Shown piece by piece: positions 62,201 through 64,000 of a stretch of 64,000 bases of DNA (within the stretch, counting starts at the first letter, position 1; every line of letters starts with the position of its first letter). The position numbers were made by a program, and so were the translations under genes. The stretch is from a bacterium (GTDB lineage: Bacteria > Patescibacteriota > Patescibacteriia > UBA9934): NCBI GenBank assembly GCA_027592325.1, contig JAQCKO010000004.1:192-64191 (forward strand), given 5' to 3'. A model generated the notes under the pieces. It searched no databases, was not told the DNA's origin, and saw nothing but the letters and a program-made list of their open reading frames with translations.

Positions 62201-62400
62201 ATCGGGAACGGGAGGGGATAACCCCTTCCTTTCTCTCCCAGAACAGACTGCTGCCAAAATTATGCACTGTGTGCGCACAGCACTGTGCAGAAATTGACCA
62301 CAACGTACCGTACCCAGTCTCAGCAAAAAAACCGGCTTCTCCACGGTATCCACACCCCCTATTACTACTACTATAGAGAAATAATTATTATCTAATATAC
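62192..62400. promoter_or_regulatory. Replication origin oriC
   Basis: Several degenerate DnaA boxes; tandem boxes 62337-62354 followed by a C run, TATTACTACTACTA trios (62360-62373) and an AT-rich tract. Confidence 0.85.
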
Positions 62401-62406
62401 AAGCCT

Positions 62407-63525
62407 GTGAAATTCTCATGTACAAAAGAAAACCTACGTCAGGGGCTGGCGGCGGCAAGTCACGTAAGCACAAAGGACCCAAACTATCCTTTTCTGGAGC
62501 AAGTGCTTATAAAGGCACGTAAGTCCGGTGTAGAGCTCTTCGCAACAAACATGCATGTATCGCTTTTTGCAAAGATGCGTGCAAAAGTTGATCAGGAGGG
62601 CGAATATGCAGTGCCATCAAAGCTTCTATTTGATTACGTAAACCTCCTTCCCGATGAACGCATAGACGTTGATCTTATTGATGAAGCATTGCTAGTAAAG
62701 TGTGGACGTGGAAAGACAACGGTAAAAGGAGACGTGGGGGGAGAATTTCCGGTTATGGACATTCCAGAAGGCGGAAAAGAATTCACCTTCAGCAACGCGC
62801 ATATTGCGCGCGCACTTTCTGAAGTTTCGTTTTCCATGGCAACAACAGAAGCGCGTCCAGAACTTGTGGGTGTATCGATACAGTCTTCTGACCGGGGTCT
62901 CGTGCTTGCATCAACAGACAGCTATCGGCTCTCAGAGACGCTCCTAGCCGCAGAGGTAGGGGGAAACGAGTCAGTGTCCGTTATCTTGCCAAAGGGCTTT
63001 GTGACAGAGCTTCAGCGTGTTCTTGCGCTTGTGCGTGACAACGTAGAGACTACCGCTGTCAGTATGCGCATAACAGAATCGCAGGTCGTAGCAGAATGCG
63101 GTGGCATTATTCTTATTTCAGATCTCGTTGCTGGAAATTACCCAGACTATACCCAGGTTATTCCATCTGAATGGAAAACCGACATTTTATTCGAGGTTGC
63201 GGCGGTGCAAAAAGCCATTAAAGCAGCGAGTCTATTCTCGCGCACAGGGCTTTTTGATATTTATTTGACAGCAAATGTTCAGGAGCAGATGCTTGAACTT
63301 CGCGGAGAAGATTCGGTGCGTGGAAAGAATGTTGTAGAAATTCCAGCCGCCATTGATGGAGAGCCTTCCGATATCGCGGTAAATTTTCGGTATCTACTTG
63401 ACGGGCTTTCTGTGCTTCCAGAAGAAAAAGCGCGCTTCCGACTCATTAGCCGGAAGCACCCTTGTTTGCTTACATCTCCCCAGGAAGCAAGCTTTCGCTA
63501 TATTGTGATGCCTATTCGTCAATAG
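62407..63525 (+). CDS. dnaN: DNA polymerase III beta sliding clamp
   Basis: ARPELVGV, STDSYRLS, GNYPDY and YIVMPIR motifs; follows dnaA. Confidence 0.97.
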   Translation: MKFSCTKENLRQGLAAASHVSTKDPNYPFLEQVLIKARKSGVELFATNMHVSLFAKMRAKVDQEGEYAVPSKLLFDYVNLLPDERIDVDLIDEALLVKCGRGKTTVKGDVGGEFPVMDIPEGGKEFTFSNAHIARALSEVSFSMATTEARPELVGVSIQSSDRGLVLASTDSYRLSETLLAAEVGGNESVSVILPKGFVTELQRVLALVRDNVETTAVSMRITESQVVAECGGIILISDLVAGNYPDYTQVIPSEWKTDILFEVAAVQKAIKAASLFSRTGLFDIYLTANVQEQMLELRGEDSVRGKNVVEIPAAIDGEPSDIAVNFRYLLDGLSVLPEEKARFRLISRKHPCLLTSPQEASFRYIVMPIRQ

Positions 63526-64000
63526 GGGGTTCAGAGGATTCGAGAATGTCAGGAGCGCGAAGTGTTTGCCTTGTGAGCGTTGTCACCGGTGTTGCGGCTA
63601 CAGTATCTCCTTCCTTTTCTGCCTCGACTTCAATAAGATAGTTTGCTTCGGAGGGAATGTTCCAAGGAGCAATAGTGAGCGCACTGACGGTGTCTTTAGA
63701 GAGAATCGTTATTCGCTCCCCTGTTAGCAAGTTGAATGCTGTTACGCGCAAGTTCCGCAGCTCGCTACTATCGCTCGCCTCTATGACGACATTGTAGGTA
63801 TCTCCGTCAGCATACTCGATGATCTGTCCATGAATGGGATTTGTAATTGAGAGTGTACTGAATGTTCCTGCTTCTGTGACGTTGATACGAACCGTTTCAC
63901 TGTCACGATTTCCAACGTCGTCGTAAACAGTGACGGTAAGATCATACTCGCCTCTTGAGACCCAGCTTGGAAGGGTGCTTGCTACGCTTTTATTATAGCT
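63512..64000 (-). CDS. 3' end of a protein with Ig-like (Big) domains, partial
   Basis: Frame open to the window edge: GEYDLTVTVYDDVGN...LSITNP. Confidence 0.65.
   Translation of the reverse strand, partial: SYNKSVASTLPSWVSRGEYDLTVTVYDDVGNRDSETVRINVTEAGTFSTLSITNPIHGQIIEYADGDTYNVVIEASDSSELRNLRVTAFNLLTGERITILSKDTVSALTIAPWNIPSEANYLIEVEAEKEGDTVAATPVTTLTRQTLRAPDILESSEPPIDE

Overview
Chromosomal window from a Patescibacteria (CPR) genome, probably Parcubacteria/ABY1-like. The taxonomy is inferred from 16S signatures, compact genes, core start codons without Shine-Dalgarno sequences and no biosynthetic operons in the window; genetic code 11. The window ends at the replication origin (rpmH-dnaA-oriC-dnaN). 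Core genes include the smc 3' end, rnhB, rpsP-khpA-trmD, a stand-alone 16S rRNA gene, 7 tRNAs, trmB, ruvC, rpoBC, recA, ftsK, efp-epmA, rpsF-ssb-rpsR, ychF, rmuC, rpsT, holA, polA, a Xer recombinase, rpsO-NYN-pnp, dksA-like-lspA-comM, ppa, tig, yidD and rnpA. There is also a five-gene surface-protein operon. Two candidates for undescribed systems stand out. (1) An integron-like array (2913-4664) inserted between khpA and trmD. A tyrosine recombinase without the IntI-specific insertion, frameshifted in a T7 tract, points away from a series of GTT/AAC-bounded units: a cargo cassette with ~80-bp bipartite inverted repeats, an attC-like hairpin and an empty 30-bp cassette. (2) A ~600-nt, densely base-paired putative non-coding RNA (53333-53946) with its own promoter, long-range pairing and terminator, behind a DnaA-box cluster. 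Also notable are ERIC-like hairpin elements abutting tRNA 5' ends and several autonomous GC-rich orphan gene modules. All calls are from reading the sequence by eye; no searches were run.
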